A stretch of 64,000 nucleotides of DNA, taken from NCBI GenBank assembly GCA_009103225.1, contig RHPI01003244.1, positions 186,001-250,000 on the forward strand, read 5' to 3'. The translations under genes were made by a program, and so were the position numbers. The DNA comes from Chlorokybus atmophyticus. Its lineage: Eukaryota; Plantae; Mesostigma and Chlorokybus algae. The first letter of the stretch is position 1. Each line of letters starts with the position of its first letter. Shown piece by piece: positions 62,990 through 64,000 of this stretch. The notes beneath the pieces were generated by a model, which had not been told where the DNA came from, made no database searches, and worked only from the letters and a program-made list of their open reading frames with translations.

Positions 62990-64000
62990 TACGGCTAGAG
63001 GCTTTATGGAGTAGATGCACGCTGCATTGGCTTGTGCCAAAGATTGCCTGAGAGCAGCTCAGGATCGGCATAAGTTGTATGCTAATCGGCAGCGCAGGCC
63101 TGAAAAAGGTCTAAAGGTTGAGGACAAGGTGTCACGCTTAAAAGGCTGGGCAAAGTCATTCTCTGTTCCTTATTTATATTCATAAGAAGGGACTGGTGGG
63201 TTTTCCATATTACAAGCGAGTGTAATGCTTATGGGGTGTGCTCTCATGCGGTCCGCTCTTGAGCATATGCGGCTTTGAGTAACGATAAAACTACACAAGG
63301 CATTGATGGAGGCTAGGACAGAGCTGGTCAATGCCTATGGCATGTGAGCCTTCGTTATTGCATGGCGAGTTGCCACATGCATTGGCGGTTATGCGATTGT
63401 AAGCCAAGTTGGCAAACCATGATATATACCATGGTAGTGCGATTTGCCACAGGTGTGACAAAGCAAGGCAAGTGGTGCCTGTTGGCAATCCGTAAGTACA
63501 TGTGTACAAGGATAGCATAAGTTTGTGATTTTGAGGTAGAATTGTTCCTATAAGAATCCGAGGTGGTTTGATACTTTAAAGGTGGAGTTTGTAGGTTATG
63601 TTGTTGGAAGAAGGTGAGCGCGTAGTGAATAGGCCTAGGTGGCCTTGAAAATCCTGTGTGCGTGGGGTGCCGGGTTGTTAGCTGTTAAAGGGGCTCTCCC
63701 CTCATCCCTTGTGTGGGGTGCGGTGTTGTGGTGTGGTGCACATGGGTGTGTTGAGCGTGCGTGGGTGCCTTCGACTGGAGCTGAGTGGAGAGGCCGGTTA
63801 CTCTCATGGAATCCTCTCCTCCCTTGGTGCTGAGCTAAAACTTCCATTGCACCGTGGTGCTGGTGGGACTTCTGCTGCAAGTCCTTGGTGCTTGTGCATA
63901 AGTTTGCCAAGACCCGACCAGCAAGCAAGTAGTAGTATCATTACATAAGGTCTTAAAGAGCACTAAAAACATTCCGCTCAAGACCAGTGGTGTACATAGG

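Larger units (their letters stand above)
54191..63910 (+). mobile_element. Decayed Ty3/Gypsy LTR retrotransposon with nested insertions
   Basis: Candidate 5' LTR about 54191-54610 (TATAAA at 54400, ends TGTGACA); gag ATG 55599 with degenerate knuckle CLKIGEKGPRVVTC; RT AYQQIRITPKDVPKTAFETP (57929) and KAPATFQAMMNR|VSYELIEKSVLVYLDN; RNase H QVVSDASLDGTGAVL...YTTTEQELL; integrase GHMGMTK...CDACQRNK, STAYHPQSDGQT; partially homologous LTR-like sequence at about 63620-63910. The outer boundaries are uncertain. Confidence 0.85.

Overview
Intron-rich eukaryotic nuclear DNA (about 50% GC, short GT-AG introns, TTTAGGG-like motifs, a PhoA-type phosphatase, a plant/algal-type NCS1 fragment and chromoviruses), most consistent with a green alga. 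Host genes: a probably plastid-targeted tandem-VOC (glyoxalase-fold) protein, a secreted PhoA-type alkaline phosphatase, RAD51D, a divergent DNA polymerase delta-like PolB, a WD40 protein, a Kelch protein, an RNase III-dsRBD protein and a long coiled-coil protein. Two decayed Ty3/Gypsy LTR retrotransposons flank the gene block. The first (7544-15118, minus) has LTRs, PBS, PPT, a near-perfect TSD and a 7-copy, mostly 115-bp perfect array over its RT YLDD motif. The second (about 54190-63910, plus) hosts three nested TIR elements and an intron-containing NCS1 permease fragment in place of its protease region. Most interesting: (1) the two VOC domains have lost metal ligands reciprocally, predicting one live and one dead active site; (2) the Pol delta paralogue has all three exonuclease motifs degraded, a YCQTDS motif C and intact CysA/CysB; (3) both Gypsy elements carry an extra N6-adenine-methyltransferase-like domain between gag and protease; (4) DNA-level capture of a host transporter gene; (5) a 66-aa insert in RNase III flanked by a duplication of the signature motif. 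All gene models, splice sites and family assignments were read by eye; no database search was run.
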